Below, piece by piece: positions 9,108 to 19,439 of a DNA stretch of 50,339 nt (within the stretch, counting starts at the first letter, position 1; the number at the start of each line of letters is the position of its first letter). The notes below the pieces were generated by a model that saw nothing but the letters and a program-made list of their open reading frames with translations, did no database searches and was not told the origin of the DNA. Position numbers and translations under genes: made by a program. The stretch comes from Mycobacteriales bacterium (lineage in GTDB: Bacteria; Actinomycetota; Actinomycetes; Mycobacteriales; Geodermatophilaceae). The DNA is taken from positions 1 through 50,339 of the forward strand of contig JBBPYA010000120.1 in NCBI GenBank assembly GCA_038200385.1, written 5' to 3'.

Positions 9108-9533
9108 TCATCGGCGCACCGGTACGCCGGCCGCGCGGTCGCGGACCAGGGCAGTGACGGTCCGCGCCGCGTCCAGGGCGTCCAGCGGGTACACCAGGGT
9201 GGCGTCGGCCAGCGACCAGGTCGCCAGCCAGCGGTCGTCGGCCCGCGCGAGCAGGACGCAGATGGCCGGACAGTCGGCGATCTCGTACTTCAGTTGGCGG
9301 CTGATCCCCATCCCGCCGGTGGGCTGTGCCTCCCCGTCGAGGATCGCCACGTCGACGCCCCCCGCGTCGACCAGCCGCAGCACCGAATCGACATCGGAGA
9401 CCTCGACGTACTCGATCCTGCCGAGCCCCTCGCCGACACGTCGACCGACCGCGCTGCGCACGTCGGAGCGCACCTGGGCACGCTGGCTGAAGACCAGAAC
9501 GGTGTACGCCGAGGCCGCTCGAGCGCTGCTCAT
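9108..9533 (-). CDS. stand-alone receiver (REC)-like domain protein, probably a pseudo-receiver
   Basis: This 141-aa protein has CheY-like alternation of strand and helix segments (VLVFSQ...VDVAILDGE...AICVLLAR...). The usual acidic pair and the Lys appear to be substituted. Confidence 0.5.
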   Translation of the reverse strand: MSSARAASAYTVLVFSQRAQVRSDVRSAVGRRVGEGLGRIEYVEVSDVDSVLRLVDAGGVDVAILDGEAQPTGGMGISRQLKYEIADCPAICVLLARADDRWLATWSLADATLVYPLDALDAARTVTALVRDRAAGVPVRR

Positions 9534-9610
9534 GGTGGCTGATCGTATCGATCCCGGACGCGCCCCACCCCAGTCGGTGCCCGCCGGGCAGTTGGGCTCA
9601 TAATGCTGGG

Positions 9611-10213
9611 GTGTCCATGGCGAACCCCACCTTCGAGGTGGGCCGGGTCCACTCGCTCACCCGGCCGAACATGGTCAGCGTGGGCACCATCGTGTGGCTG
9701 TCCAGCGAACTCATGTTCTTCGCCGGCCTGTTCGCCATGTACTTCACGGCCAAGGCCGTGCACGGCGACCCGTGGCCGCCGCCGCCGACGACGCTGACCG
9801 TGCCCTACGCGCTGGTCTTCACGATCATCCTGATCCTGTCCTCGGTCACCTGCCAGCTCGGTGTGTTCGAGGCGGAGAAGGGCAACGCCTTCGGGTTGCG
9901 GCGCTGGTTCGTCGCGACGTTCTTCCTCGGGCTGATCTTCGTGCTCGGCCAGTTCAACGAGTACCGGAACCTGGTCCACGAGGGCACCACGCTGAGTTCG
10001 TCCACGTACGGGTCGGTGTTCTTCCTCACGACCGGTTTCCACGCCGCCCACGTCATCGCTGGCCTACTCGCGTTTATCCTGATGTTGATGCGGTCGACGA
10101 TGGGCCGGTTCACGCCGGCGCAGGCCACCGCAGCGATCGTTGTCTCCTACTACTGGCACTTCGTCGACATCGTCTGGGTGGGCCTGTTCGCCACCATCTA
10201 CTTCGTGCAGTGA
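9611..10213 (+). CDS. ctaE: cytochrome c oxidase (aa3) subunit III
   Basis: The 200-aa polytopic protein has [13 protein letters not shown]...[16 protein letters not shown]...[17 protein letters not shown] hexamer lies 6 nt upstream of the GTG, so the mRNA may be leaderless. Confidence 0.93.
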   Translation: MSMANPTFEVGRVHSLTRPNMVSVGTIVWLSSELMFFAGLFAMYFTAKAVHGDPWPPPPTTLTVPYALVFTIILILSSVTCQLGVFEAEKGNAFGLRRWFVATFFLGLIFVLGQFNEYRNLVHEGTTLSSSTYGSVFFLTTGFHAAHVIAGLLAFILMLMRSTMGRFTPAQATAAIVVSYYWHFVDIVWVGLFATIYFVQ

Positions 10214-10223
10214 GGGGCCAGCG

Positions 10224-11015
10224 GTGAGGGCACGGACCACGCGGAGCCACCGGACCCGACGGCGCAGCAGGTTGTCCTCGGCCGCCGCCCTGCTGCTGGC
10301 CCTGACCGCGGTCGGCGGGCTGTACTCGGCCCTGGCGCCGTCCAGTTCCGCCCAGGAGCAGGGCCTGTCCGCCGAGGCGCAGGCCGGTCAGCAGCTCTAC
10401 GAGAACGGCTGCATCACCTGCCACGGCCGCAATCTGCAGGGCGTCCAGGACCAGGGCCCCTCCCTGATCGGCGTCGGCGAAGCGGCGGTCTACTTCCAGG
10501 TCAGCACCGGCCGGATGCCGGTGGCGCAGCACGACGCGCAGATCCAGCGCAAGACGCCGGTTTACGACGACGCCCAGGTCAACCAGCTGATGGCCTACGT
10601 GCAGGCCAACGGTGGCGGGCCCATGCTGCCGGCCGAGCAGAACCTCCGCGACGGCAACCTGGCCGACGGCGGGGAACTGTTCCGGCTCAACTGCGCCTCC
10701 TGCCACAACTTCGCCGGCCGGGGCGGGGCCCTGTCCTCCGGCAAGGCGGCGCCGTCGTTGAACGCCTCGACCGACCTCGACATCTACACCGCGATGCTGT
10801 CCGGTCCGCAGAGCATGCCGGTCTTCGGCGACAACCAGCTCAGCCCGGAGCAGAAGCGCAGCATCATCGACTACATCCAGACCCTCAAGGCCACGGCCGA
10901 CCCCGGTGGTGCCGGCATCGGCCGCGCCGGCCCGGTGCCCGAGGGCCTGGTGATCTGGGTCGTCGGGATCACGCTGTGCCTGGCGGCCTGCCTCTGGGCG
11001 GGGTCACGGGCATGA
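10224..11015 (+). CDS. qcrC: cytochrome bc1 complex diheme cytochrome c subunit
   Basis: It has two CxxCH motifs (CITCH, CASCH), an N-terminal signal/TM segment and a C-terminal TM segment. The start was moved to the GTG at 10224, just after the ctaE stop. Confidence 0.9.
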   Translation: MRARTTRSHRTRRRSRLSSAAALLLALTAVGGLYSALAPSSSAQEQGLSAEAQAGQQLYENGCITCHGRNLQGVQDQGPSLIGVGEAAVYFQVSTGRMPVAQHDAQIQRKTPVYDDAQVNQLMAYVQANGGGPMLPAEQNLRDGNLADGGELFRLNCASCHNFAGRGGALSSGKAAPSLNASTDLDIYTAMLSGPQSMPVFGDNQLSPEQKRSIIDYIQTLKATADPGGAGIGRAGPVPEGLVIWVVGITLCLAACLWAGSRA

Positions 11016-12115
11016 CCGCCGCCCACCCCGGGGCACACGAGCCCGGCGGCGCGCAGCCGGCGGCCGGCACGCCGCCGACCGCGGGACCGGGCCCCACGGA
11101 CGAGGAGCTGGCCGGCATGAGCCGGCGCGAGCTGGTCCAGCTCGGCGGGGAGATGGACGGCGTCCGGGTCGTCCATGCCGAACCGCCGGTGTCGCCCGGG
11201 TCCCGGCAGGAGAAGCGGGCCGAGCGGCAGATCGCGATGGCCTTCACCGGCGCCGGCCTGTCGGCGGTGGCCTTCATGGTGCTCTTCCCCGCGTGGCCCT
11301 GGCGCCAGCGCTACGACGGGGGCGGCTTCCAACTCTCGTCCCTGTTCACTCCGTTGCTCGGCATCACCCTGGCGCTCGCGTTGACGCTGGTCGGTGTCGG
11401 GGTCGTGTTGTGGGCGAAGAACCTGATGCCCTACGAGGTCGTGGTCCAGGACCGGCACGAGGGCGCCTCCCCGGAGATCGAGCGGCAGACCACGGCGGCC
11501 ACCCTGATGGAGGGCCTCACCGAGACCGGCATCGCCCGCCGCACCGTCATCAAGCGCTCGCTCGGATTCGCCGGCGCGGCCCTGGGTGTGCTGGCTGCCT
11601 TCCCGTTGATCGGCGCGCTGATCAAGAAGCCCGGCGACGCGCTGTACACAACACCGTGGCGCTCCGGGATGCAGCTGCTGAGCAGCAACGGAGTTCCGAT
11701 CAGGCCCGCCGACATGCTCCCCGGTTCCCTGCAGACCGTCTTCCCGCCGGTGCAGGGTGGCAACCGCTCCGCCGACGGCGTCACGATGCTGATCAGGCTG
11801 CTTCCCGAGCAGGCCGCCAACTATCGTGCCCGGCCGGGACAAGAGTCCTTCCGGTGGAACGACTTCCTGGCGTTCTCCAAGATCTGCACCCACGCCGGCT
11901 GCCCGGTGTCGCTGTACGAGCGGCAGACCGCGCGGATCCTCTGCCCCTGCCACCAGTCGCAGTTCGACGCGACGAACGACGCCAAGCCCATTTCCGGTCC
12001 GGCCACCCGATCGCTACCCCAGCTGCCGCTTGAGCTGGATGCGAACGGGTACTTCACGGCGAAGAGCGACTACACCGAGCCCATCGGACCCGCCTTTTGG
12101 GAGCGATCATCATGA
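11012..12115 (+). CDS. qcrA: cytochrome bc1 complex Rieske iron-sulfur subunit
   Basis: The Rieske motifs CTHAGCPV and CPCHQSQF are present. An ATGA start/stop overlap with qcrC occurs at 11012. Confidence 0.9.
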   Translation: MTAAHPGAHEPGGAQPAAGTPPTAGPGPTDEELAGMSRRELVQLGGEMDGVRVVHAEPPVSPGSRQEKRAERQIAMAFTGAGLSAVAFMVLFPAWPWRQRYDGGGFQLSSLFTPLLGITLALALTLVGVGVVLWAKNLMPYEVVVQDRHEGASPEIERQTTAATLMEGLTETGIARRTVIKRSLGFAGAALGVLAAFPLIGALIKKPGDALYTTPWRSGMQLLSSNGVPIRPADMLPGSLQTVFPPVQGGNRSADGVTMLIRLLPEQAANYRARPGQESFRWNDFLAFSKICTHAGCPVSLYERQTARILCPCHQSQFDATNDAKPISGPATRSLPQLPLELDANGYFTAKSDYTEPIGPAFWERSS

Positions 12116-13716
12116 GCAGCTCGACGATCAGCAGGCCGGCCACTCCGGCCGGGCGGGCCGCCAGCGGCGTGGACGAGCGACTGACCATCTCCGCTCCCCT
12201 GCGCCGCACCCTGAACAAGGTCTTCCCCGACCACTGGTCATTCCTGCTCGGCGAAATCGCCCTGTACGCCTTCGTCATCCTGCTGCTGACCGGCACCTAC
12301 CTGACGTTCTTCTTCGACCCCTCGATGGAGGAGGTCAACTACGCCGGTAGCTACGACCTGCTCCGCGGCGTGGAGATGTCGAAGGCGTACGCGACCGGGC
12401 TGGACATCTCCTTTGACGTCCGCGGTGGCCTGCTGATCCGGCAGATCCACCACTGGGCCGCGCTGTTGTTCGTCGCCGCGATCGTGGTGCACCTGATGCG
12501 CACGTTCTTCACCGGCGCCTTCCGCAAGCCCCGGGAGGCCAACTGGATGATCGGTGTCGGGCTGCTCGTCCTGGCCATCCTCGAAGGCGTGTTCGGGTAC
12601 TCGCTGCCCGACGACCTGCTGTCCGGCACCGGCCTGCGGATCATCAACGCGATCATCCTGTCGATCCCGGTGATCGGGTCCTGGGTCACGTTCGCGCTGT
12701 TCGGCGGCGAGTTCCCCGGCGACGTGATCATCGGCCGGTTCTACATTCTGCACGTGCTCCTCGTCCCCGGGATCATGCTGGCGTTGATCGCCGGGCACCT
12801 GCTGCTCGTGGTCAAGAACAAGCACACCCAGGTCCCCGGTCCGGGACGAACCGAGGACAACGTCATCGGCAAGCGCTTCTTCCCGACGTTCGCGCTCAAG
12901 ACGACCGGCTTCTTCATGGTCGTGTTTGGTCTGACCGCGGCGCTGGGCGGACTGGTCCAGATCAACCCGATCTGGCTGTACGGCCCGTACGACCCCGCCC
13001 AGGTCAGCGCCGGCTCGCAGCCGGACTGGTACGTCGGGTTCCTGGACGGCTCCACGCGGCTGTTCCCGCCGTGGGACATCTACCTGTTCGGCTACAACAT
13101 CCCGCCGCTGTTCTGGCCGACGATCGTGATGCCGGGCATCCTGTTCACGGTGCTCGCGCTGTACCCGATCATCGAAGCGAAGATGACCAAGGACACCGCG
13201 TCCCACAACCTGCTGCAGCGGCCTCGCGACGTCCCGGTTCGCACCGGCTTCGGCGCCATGGGGCTGGCCTTCTACAGCATGCTGTGGATCTCCGGCGGCA
13301 ACGACCTCATCGCGGACAAGTTCAACATCAGCCTGAACGCGATGACCTGGGCCGGCCGGATCGGACTGCTCGTGGTGCCCCCCATCGCCTACTGGGCGGC
13401 CTACCGGCTCTGCCTGGGTCTGCAGCAGCACGACCGCGAGGTCCTCGAGCACGGCGTGGAGACCGGCATCATCCGGCGCCTGCCGCACGGTGAGTTCATC
13501 GAGGTGCACCAGCCGCTCGGACCGGTCGACGAGCACGGCCACGGCCAGCTGCAGTACGGCGGCGCTCCGGTCCCGAAGAAGATGAACCACGTCGGCGGGC
13601 TCGGACGCGCGATCAAGGGATTCTTCACTCCGATCGAGGAGGCCCCGCAGCGCAGTCCCGAGGAGCGACCGGCTGAGCTGACCTCCTCCGGGCGCCCGAA
13701 GGACCCGGAGGCCTGA
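12112..13716 (+). CDS. qcrB: cytochrome bc1 complex cytochrome b subunit
   Basis: It is polytopic and has the motifs [11 protein letters not shown] and HLLLV.... An ATGA overlap with qcrA occurs at 12112. Confidence 0.92.
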   Translation: MSSSTISRPATPAGRAASGVDERLTISAPLRRTLNKVFPDHWSFLLGEIALYAFVILLLTGTYLTFFFDPSMEEVNYAGSYDLLRGVEMSKAYATGLDISFDVRGGLLIRQIHHWAALLFVAAIVVHLMRTFFTGAFRKPREANWMIGVGLLVLAILEGVFGYSLPDDLLSGTGLRIINAIILSIPVIGSWVTFALFGGEFPGDVIIGRFYILHVLLVPGIMLALIAGHLLLVVKNKHTQVPGPGRTEDNVIGKRFFPTFALKTTGFFMVVFGLTAALGGLVQINPIWLYGPYDPAQVSAGSQPDWYVGFLDGSTRLFPPWDIYLFGYNIPPLFWPTIVMPGILFTVLALYPIIEAKMTKDTASHNLLQRPRDVPVRTGFGAMGLAFYSMLWISGGNDLIADKFNISLNAMTWAGRIGLLVVPPIAYWAAYRLCLGLQQHDREVLEHGVETGIIRRLPHGEFIEVHQPLGPVDEHGHGQLQYGGAPVPKKMNHVGGLGRAIKGFFTPIEEAPQRSPEERPAELTSSGRPKDPEA

Positions 13717-13777
13717 TCCCGGCTGGTCGACGCGTACGTTGGGGAGACGCCCGCACAGCCGGAGAGGATGATCCGTC

Positions 13778-14473
13778 CTGAATATCGAGATCTACGCCGA
13801 CATCGTCTGCCCCTGGTGCTACATCGGGAAGAGCCGCTTCGACAAGGCATTGGCCGACTTCCCCGGTGCCGCCGACGTCACGGTCACCTACGCGCCGTTC
13901 CAACTCGATCCGGACGCGCCCGTGCAGCCGGTTCCCCACCTGGAGGCCTACGCCGCGAAGCTGGGCGACCCGGAGCGGGCCCGGGCCATGGTCGGACAAC
14001 TGGAATCGGCCGCGGCCGGCGAGGGGTTGCCGCTGCGACTGGACCAGGCTCAGCGGGTCAACACCTTCGATGCGCACCGGCTGCTGGACCTGGCCCTGGG
14101 CACCGGTGGCACTGCGGTGCAGCAGCGCCTCGTCGAGCTCCTCATGCAGGCCTACTTCGTCGAGGGTCGCAACATCGCCGACCACGGTGAACTGGCCGCG
14201 CTGGCCAAGGAGTCCGGGCTGACCGGCGTGGATGTCACCGCCCACCTGGCCTCAGACTCCGGTGTCGCCGAACTCAGCGCGCGACTGGACGAGGGCAGTG
14301 CGCTGGGCCTGGACTCGGTGCCCAGCTACGTCTTCGAGCGGCGTTGGGCGGTCAGCGGTGCCCAGTCACCGGAGATCATGGGCCAGGTACTGCAGCAGAT
14401 CGAGGCAGCCATGCTCGGCGGCGGTGGCGGGTGCTGCGGCGGCGGCGAGGGCGGCTGCGCCTGCTCGCGCTGA
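13778..14473 (+). CDS. DsbA/FrnE-like thiol:disulfide oxidoreductase with Gly/Cys-rich C-terminal tail; start codon problematic
   Basis: The sequence NIEIYADIVCPWCYIGKSRF places the CPWC active site at 13808-13819, upstream of the first in-frame ATG/GTG/TTG at 13850. The in-frame options are the CTG at 13778, or the ATG at 13768 plus a frameshift. Confidence 0.7.
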   Translation: MNIEIYADIVCPWCYIGKSRFDKALADFPGAADVTVTYAPFQLDPDAPVQPVPHLEAYAAKLGDPERARAMVGQLESAAAGEGLPLRLDQAQRVNTFDAHRLLDLALGTGGTAVQQRLVELLMQAYFVEGRNIADHGELAALAKESGLTGVDVTAHLASDSGVAELSARLDEGSALGLDSVPSYVFERRWAVSGAQSPEIMGQVLQQIEAAMLGGGGGCCGGGEGGCACSR

Positions 14474-14497
14474 CCCCCCCGGTCAGTACCCCCGCAG

Positions 14498-14902
14498 TCA
14501 GTGGGCGGCGTTGGCCCGCGAGTAGTACTCGAAGAGCAGGCCGGCCACGGTCACGACGATGAGCACGGCCGCGATCAGGATCAACCAGATCTGGAAGAAC
14601 GCCAGCGCGATGGCGCCGAGGGCCGCGCCGCCGGCGATGCCGATCGGCCAGTAGCTGCCCGGGCTGAAGAAGCCGAGTTCGCCCGCGCCCTCGGCGATGT
14701 CGGCGTCCTTGCGGTCCTCGGGGCGGGGGTCGATGCGGCGCGAGACGAACCAGAAGAAGGCGCCGACGATCGTGCACAGAGCGCCGGAGAGCACCAGGCC
14801 GGCCATCCCGACGGGCTCCAGATCGGAGAAGACGGCATAGATGACGGCGATGCCGAACAGGAACACCGCGGCCGCGCCGAACAGATACGCCTCGAGCTTC
14901 AC
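14498..14902 (-). CDS. ctaF: cytochrome c oxidase subunit IV (actinobacterial CtaF)
   Basis: This 134-aa, four-TM protein reads MKLEAYLFGAAAVFLFGIAVIY... It lies immediately downstream of ctaC, as in Mtb and Corynebacterium. Confidence 0.8.
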   Translation of the reverse strand: MKLEAYLFGAAAVFLFGIAVIYAVFSDLEPVGMAGLVLSGALCTIVGAFFWFVSRRIDPRPEDRKDADIAEGAGELGFFSPGSYWPIGIAGGAALGAIALAFFQIWLILIAAVLIVVTVAGLLFEYYSRANAAH

Positions 14903-14950
14903 GTCCTCCTCCTTCTGTTCCCTGCGGTAGGCCGGCGGTGTCCCGCGTGT

Positions 14951-15853
14951 CTAGTCCGTGGCGCTGCGCCGGGTCCGGTTGGTGTCGAAGGGGTCCGTCG
15001 TCTCGGCCAGCGGTGGCTCGCCGACACTCTGCAGCGCGTCGGCGTTGGTCTGCCCGGACTCCCGGGCGGCCAGGAACTTGTCGTACACATCGGCGGTGAC
15101 GGCCCGCACCTCGAAGTTCATGGCTGAGTGGTAGATGCCGCACAGCTCGGCACACCGCCCCACGTAGGCACCGGCCTGCCCGATCGTGACCTCGAAATCG
15201 TTGTCGTACCCGAAGTTCTTGCCCGGGATGACGTCACGCTTGAAGAGGAACTCGGGCACCCAGAAGGAGTGGATGACGTCGTTGCTGTGCAACTCGAACC
15301 GGATGGTCTTGCCGACCGGCAGCACCAGGACGGCGACCTCCCGGCTGTCCCCGATGATGCTGATCGGCTCGCCTGCGGTGTCCTGCGGACCGTTCAGGTA
15401 GCGGAACTCCCAGTTCCACTGGAAGCCGGTGACCTCCACGGTGACATCCGGGTTCGCGGTCTGCGCCTCGACATCGGTCTCGACGACCACGGTGAAGTAG
15501 AACAGCACCGCGATGATGACGAACGGGACGATCGTGTAGACGATCTCCAGCGGCAGGTTGTACGCCGTCTGCTTGGGCACGTTGTTGTCCCGGCGCCGGT
15601 AGACGATGCAGGCCCAGAAGATCAGGCCCCAGACGAGGACACCCATGGCCAGGGCGGCCAGGGTCGACCCGGTCCACAGCTGCCGCATCATGGTGGCCTT
15701 GTCGGTGACGCCCTGCGGCCAGCCGAAGCGCAGCACCTCCTGGGTCGAGCACCCGGCGAGGGCGAGCAGGGTCAGGACCGCGAGCGGCACGATCCGGGCC
15801 GCCCGAGCTGTACGACGCACCTGCGTGACCTCCCTGGACGCCTCGTTTCCCAC
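14951..15853 (-). CDS. ctaC: cytochrome c oxidase subunit II
   Basis: The CuA site HSFWVPEF...CAELCGIYHSAM is present, along with a lipobox-like LLALAGCS. The GTG at 15820 is the more likely start, because AGGGAGG sits 8 nt upstream of it. Confidence 0.92.
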   Translation of the reverse strand: MGNEASREVTQVRRTARAARIVPLAVLTLLALAGCSTQEVLRFGWPQGVTDKATMMRQLWTGSTLAALAMGVLVWGLIFWACIVYRRRDNNVPKQTAYNLPLEIVYTIVPFVIIAVLFYFTVVVETDVEAQTANPDVTVEVTGFQWNWEFRYLNGPQDTAGEPISIIGDSREVAVLVLPVGKTIRFELHSNDVIHSFWVPEFLFKRDVIPGKNFGYDNDFEVTIGQAGAYVGRCAELCGIYHSAMNFEVRAVTADVYDKFLAARESGQTNADALQSVGEPPLAETTDPFDTNRTRRSATD

Positions 15854-15977
15854 CTGCGCAGACTACTCGACACACCCGGGACCCGACGGGCGCCCGGCGC
15901 CGGACCGGCCGGGGCAGACTGGAACACTGAACCGTCCGATATCGGCGGGAGCCGCGACCCGCGGAGGTGCTGTAACG

Positions 15978-17882
15978 GTGTGTGGCCTGCTCGGTTTCCT
16001 CAGCGGCGACGGCCAGGCCAAGGCCCGCGTGGACCAGATAAGCGAGGCCATGCAGCTGGTCCGGCATCGCGGTCCGGACGAGACCACCGTCTGGTCCGAC
16101 GACGACGTCGTGCTGGCCTTCCAGCGACTGTCCATCATCGACCTCGAGCACAGTCACCAACCCCTGGCCTACCCCGGCCCGGAGGACGACGAGCGCTACC
16201 GGATCATCTTCAACGGCGAGATCTACAACTATCGGGAGCTGCGCGAGCGGCTGCGCACCGAGTACGGCGCGACGTTCCGGACCGAAGGCGACACGGAGGT
16301 GGTCGCGGCGGCGTACCGGTACCTCGGTGCGGAATGCGTCCGGGAGCTGCGCGGGATGTTCGCCTTTGTCATCTGGGACCGGCAGGAGCGCCAGGCCTTC
16401 GGCGCCCGCGACCCCTTCGGCATCAAGCCGCTGTACGTCGCCGTGGACGGCACCGACGTCTACCTGGGGTCGGAGAAGAAGAGCCTCGTGGCGTTGCTCG
16501 GCGAGCGGGCCGGCGGGGTCGATCCGCGCTCGCTGCAGCACTACCTGACGCTGCAGTACGTCCCGGAGCCGGCATCCCTGCACGCCGGCGTCCGGAGGAT
16601 CCAGAGCGGTACGACGTTCACGGTCGTCCAGGGCGCACTGCACACCCGCCGGTACTTCCACCCGGACTTCCCGATCCGCGCCGAGCGCAACCGCCAGGCG
16701 CTGTACCGACGGATCCAGGACGTGCTGCGCGACTCGGTTCGGATGCACATGCGCGCCGACGTGACCGTCGGGGCGTTCCTGTCGGGGGGGATCGACTCCA
16801 CCGCCATCGCGGCGCTGGCCCGGCAGGAGAATCCGGACCTGCTGACGTTCACCGTCGGCTTCGAGCGCACCGGCTTCTCCGAGATCGACATGGCGGCGCA
16901 GTCCGCCCGGGCGATTGGCGCCCGGCACATCACCCGGGTCGTCACCCCGCAGGAGTTCATGGACGCGGTGCCGCTGATCGTGTGGTACCTGGACGATCCG
17001 GTCGCGGACCCGGCCCTGGTCCCGCTGTGGTTCATCGCCCGCGAGGCGCGCCGCCACGTCAAGGTGGTGCTCTCCGGTGAGGGTGCGGACGAGTTGTTCG
17101 GCGGCTACAACATCTACCGCGAGCCGTTGTCGCTGCGGCCCTTCGACCGGCTGCCCGGGGCAGTGAAGTCGGTGCTTGCCGCGGCCTCCCAGCGGCTGCC
17201 CGACGGGGTGCGCGGCAAGGACCTGTTGCGCCGCGGGACGATCCCGTTGGAGCAGCGCTACTACGGCAACGCCCGGATCTTCCGCGACGACGAACTCGGC
17301 TTCCTGCGGGCCCGCGCGGCCGACGTGTCCTACCTCGACGTCACCCGCGAGTTGTACGAGCAGAACGCGGGCTACGACGCGGTCACCCGGATGCAGCACA
17401 TCGACCTGTTCACCTGGCTGCGCGGCGACATCCTGGTCAAGGCCGACAAGATGACGATGGCCAACTCCCTGGAGCTGCGGGTCCCGTTCCTGGACAAGGA
17501 GGTCTTCGCCGTGGCCTCGACGCTGCCGGTCTCGGAACGGGTGACCCGCGAGACCACGAAGTACGCGCTACGGCAGGCACTGCGCGACGTCGTACCCCCG
17601 GAGATCTTCGACCGGCGCAAGCTCGGCTTCCCGGTGCCGATCCGGCCCTGGCTCGCGGCGGAGATGTACGACTGGGCCCGCCAGATCATCACCGACAGCC
17701 AGGCCGACAGGTTGGTGGACAAGCAGGCGCTGCTGGCCATGCTGGAAGCGCATCGCCGCGGACCGGTGGACCTGTCCCGCAAGATCTGGACGGTGCTGAT
17801 CCTGCTGGTCTGGCACGGCATCTTCGTCGAGGACCGGATCCACCCGGTGATCCCCGAACCGGCCTACCCGGTCGCGCTCTAA
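15978..17882 (+). CDS. asnB: asparagine synthase (glutamine-hydrolysing)
   Basis: The Ntn start is (M)CGLLGF from the GTG at 15978. The PP-loop SGGIDSTAIA is present. The upstream part of the 758-aa ORF is antisense to ctaC and was rejected. Confidence 0.92.
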   Translation: MCGLLGFLSGDGQAKARVDQISEAMQLVRHRGPDETTVWSDDDVVLAFQRLSIIDLEHSHQPLAYPGPEDDERYRIIFNGEIYNYRELRERLRTEYGATFRTEGDTEVVAAAYRYLGAECVRELRGMFAFVIWDRQERQAFGARDPFGIKPLYVAVDGTDVYLGSEKKSLVALLGERAGGVDPRSLQHYLTLQYVPEPASLHAGVRRIQSGTTFTVVQGALHTRRYFHPDFPIRAERNRQALYRRIQDVLRDSVRMHMRADVTVGAFLSGGIDSTAIAALARQENPDLLTFTVGFERTGFSEIDMAAQSARAIGARHITRVVTPQEFMDAVPLIVWYLDDPVADPALVPLWFIAREARRHVKVVLSGEGADELFGGYNIYREPLSLRPFDRLPGAVKSVLAAASQRLPDGVRGKDLLRRGTIPLEQRYYGNARIFRDDELGFLRARAADVSYLDVTRELYEQNAGYDAVTRMQHIDLFTWLRGDILVKADKMTMANSLELRVPFLDKEVFAVASTLPVSERVTRETTKYALRQALRDVVPPEIFDRRKLGFPVPIRPWLAAEMYDWARQIITDSQADRLVDKQALLAMLEAHRRGPVDLSRKIWTVLILLVWHGIFVEDRIHPVIPEPAYPVAL

Positions 17883-18862
17883 GCCGTGGCCGGCAACTTC
17901 TCCCGGATCTCCTCGGCCGCGGAATCGCCGTAGGCCTCGCCCAGCCGGGCGACGAACTTGGCGTGGTCGATCTCGTAGTCCTGCGGTCCGACGGTCTCGA
18001 TCACGATGGTGGCCAGCAGGCTCCCGACCTGGGCGGCCCGCTCGAACCCCAGCCCCCAGGACAGCCCGCTGAGGAACCCGGAGCGGAACGCGTCGCCGAC
18101 GCCGGTCGGGTCGGCCAGCCGCACCTCGCGAGCGATCGGCACCCGCAGCGTCTCGACATCCCTGCCGGTGATCTCCACGCCGTCCTTGCCACGCGTGGTG
18201 ATGCGGACCTCGACCCGGTCGAGCACGTCCTGATCGGTCCACCCGGTCTTGCGCTCCAGTAGCGACTTCTCGTAGTCGTTGGTGATCAGGTACGTCGCCC
18301 CGTCAACCAGGTCGCGGACCTCCGCACCGTCCAGCCGCGCCAGCTGCTGGGAGGGGTCGGCCATGAACGCGAAGCCGCGGTCGCGACACTCGGCCGTGTG
18401 CCTGGTCATGGCCGCCGGATCGTTGGGGCTGATGACCACCAGGTCCAGCCCGCCGAGCCGCTGCGCCGTCGGGGCCAGCTCGATCTCCCTGGCCTCGGAC
18501 ATCGCGCCGGGATAGAACGACGCGAGCTGGTTCATGTCGTCGTCGGTGGTGCAGATGAAGCGCGCGGTCAGCTCGGACTCGCTGACCCGGACCGACTCGC
18601 AGTCCACCCCCTGCCCCGCCAACCACTCCAGGTAGTCGGTCAGGTCCTTGCCGACGGCGCCGACCAGCGCCGGGCGCAGCCCCAGCTGCCCCATCCCGAA
18701 CGCGATGTTGGCCGCGATACCGCCCCGGCGTACGACGAGGTCGTCGACGAGGAAGGACAGCGAGATCCGGTCCAGCTGGTCGGCCATGATCTGCTCGCTG
18801 AACCGGCCGGGAAAGTGCATCAGGTTGTCCCAGGCGATGGAACCGGTCACCGCGATCTGCAC
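17879..18862 (-). CDS. adoK: PfkB-family adenosine kinase
   Basis: The N-terminus IAVTGSIAWDNLMHFPGRFSEQ...LSFLVDDL and the motif DPTGVGDAFRSGFLSG resemble Mtb AdoK (Rv2202c) and the gene is syntenic with it. Its stop overlaps the asnB stop (CTAA). Confidence 0.85.
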   Translation of the reverse strand: MQIAVTGSIAWDNLMHFPGRFSEQIMADQLDRISLSFLVDDLVVRRGGIAANIAFGMGQLGLRPALVGAVGKDLTDYLEWLAGQGVDCESVRVSESELTARFICTTDDDMNQLASFYPGAMSEAREIELAPTAQRLGGLDLVVISPNDPAAMTRHTAECRDRGFAFMADPSQQLARLDGAEVRDLVDGATYLITNDYEKSLLERKTGWTDQDVLDRVEVRITTRGKDGVEITGRDVETLRVPIAREVRLADPTGVGDAFRSGFLSGLSWGLGFERAAQVGSLLATIVIETVGPQDYEIDHAKFVARLGEAYGDSAAEEIREKLPATA

Positions 18863-18990
18863 GTTGCGCCCCTCACGGCCGGTCTGGTTGACCCGCCGAC
18901 CCTACCCGGGGGCGGGTCGGGCGCCGGCCCCGAACGGCCACATCCACGGCCTCAGTGCGCCGGTCGGCAGCTCAGGACTTCAGCGGAAGC

Positions 18991-19356
18991 TCAGTGGAAG
19001 GAGTCTCCGCACGCACAGGATCCACCGGCGTTCGGGTTGTCGATGGTGAAGCCCTGCTTCTCGATGGTGTCCACGAAGTCGATCTCGGCCCCGGCCAGGT
19101 AGGGCACGCTCATCCGGTCGACGACGACAGCGACACCGCCGAAGTCGTGGACCAGGTCACCGTCGAGCGAGCGCTCGTCGAAGAACAGCTGGTAGCGAAG
19201 ACCCGAGCAGCCGCCGGGCTGTACGGCGATGCGTAGCCGAAGGTCGTCGCGGCCTTCCTGGTCCAGCAGAGCCTTGACCTTGGTGGCGGCCTGATCGGTC
19301 AGCAGCACACCGGTCGGGGTCTCGGTGGTCGTGGTGTCCTGTGCGCTCATTGCCAT
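18991..19356 (-). CDS. erpA: HesB/IscA-family iron-sulfur cluster insertion protein (ErpA-like)
   Basis: This 121-aa protein has LRIAVQPGGCSGLRY and a C-terminal GGSCACGDSF. The longer 220-aa ORF extension has no support. Confidence 0.88.
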   Translation of the reverse strand: MAMSAQDTTTTETPTGVLLTDQAATKVKALLDQEGRDDLRLRIAVQPGGCSGLRYQLFFDERSLDGDLVHDFGGVAVVVDRMSVPYLAGAEIDFVDTIEKQGFTIDNPNAGGSCACGDSFH

Positions 19357-19439
19357 CCCATCGACGGGGCGTGTTCGGTCATCGGTCTCGGTCGACAACG
19401 CGGCGGACCGCGGCCGGATTCCCATGCTACGCGGTGGAC

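Noticed and set aside
15234-17399. A 721-aa minus-strand ORF and a 650-aa plus-strand ORF overlapping ctaC and asnB.
   Set aside because: They are shadow ORFs in alternative frames of strongly supported genes. They are low-complexity R/G/P/A-rich translations without domain signatures.
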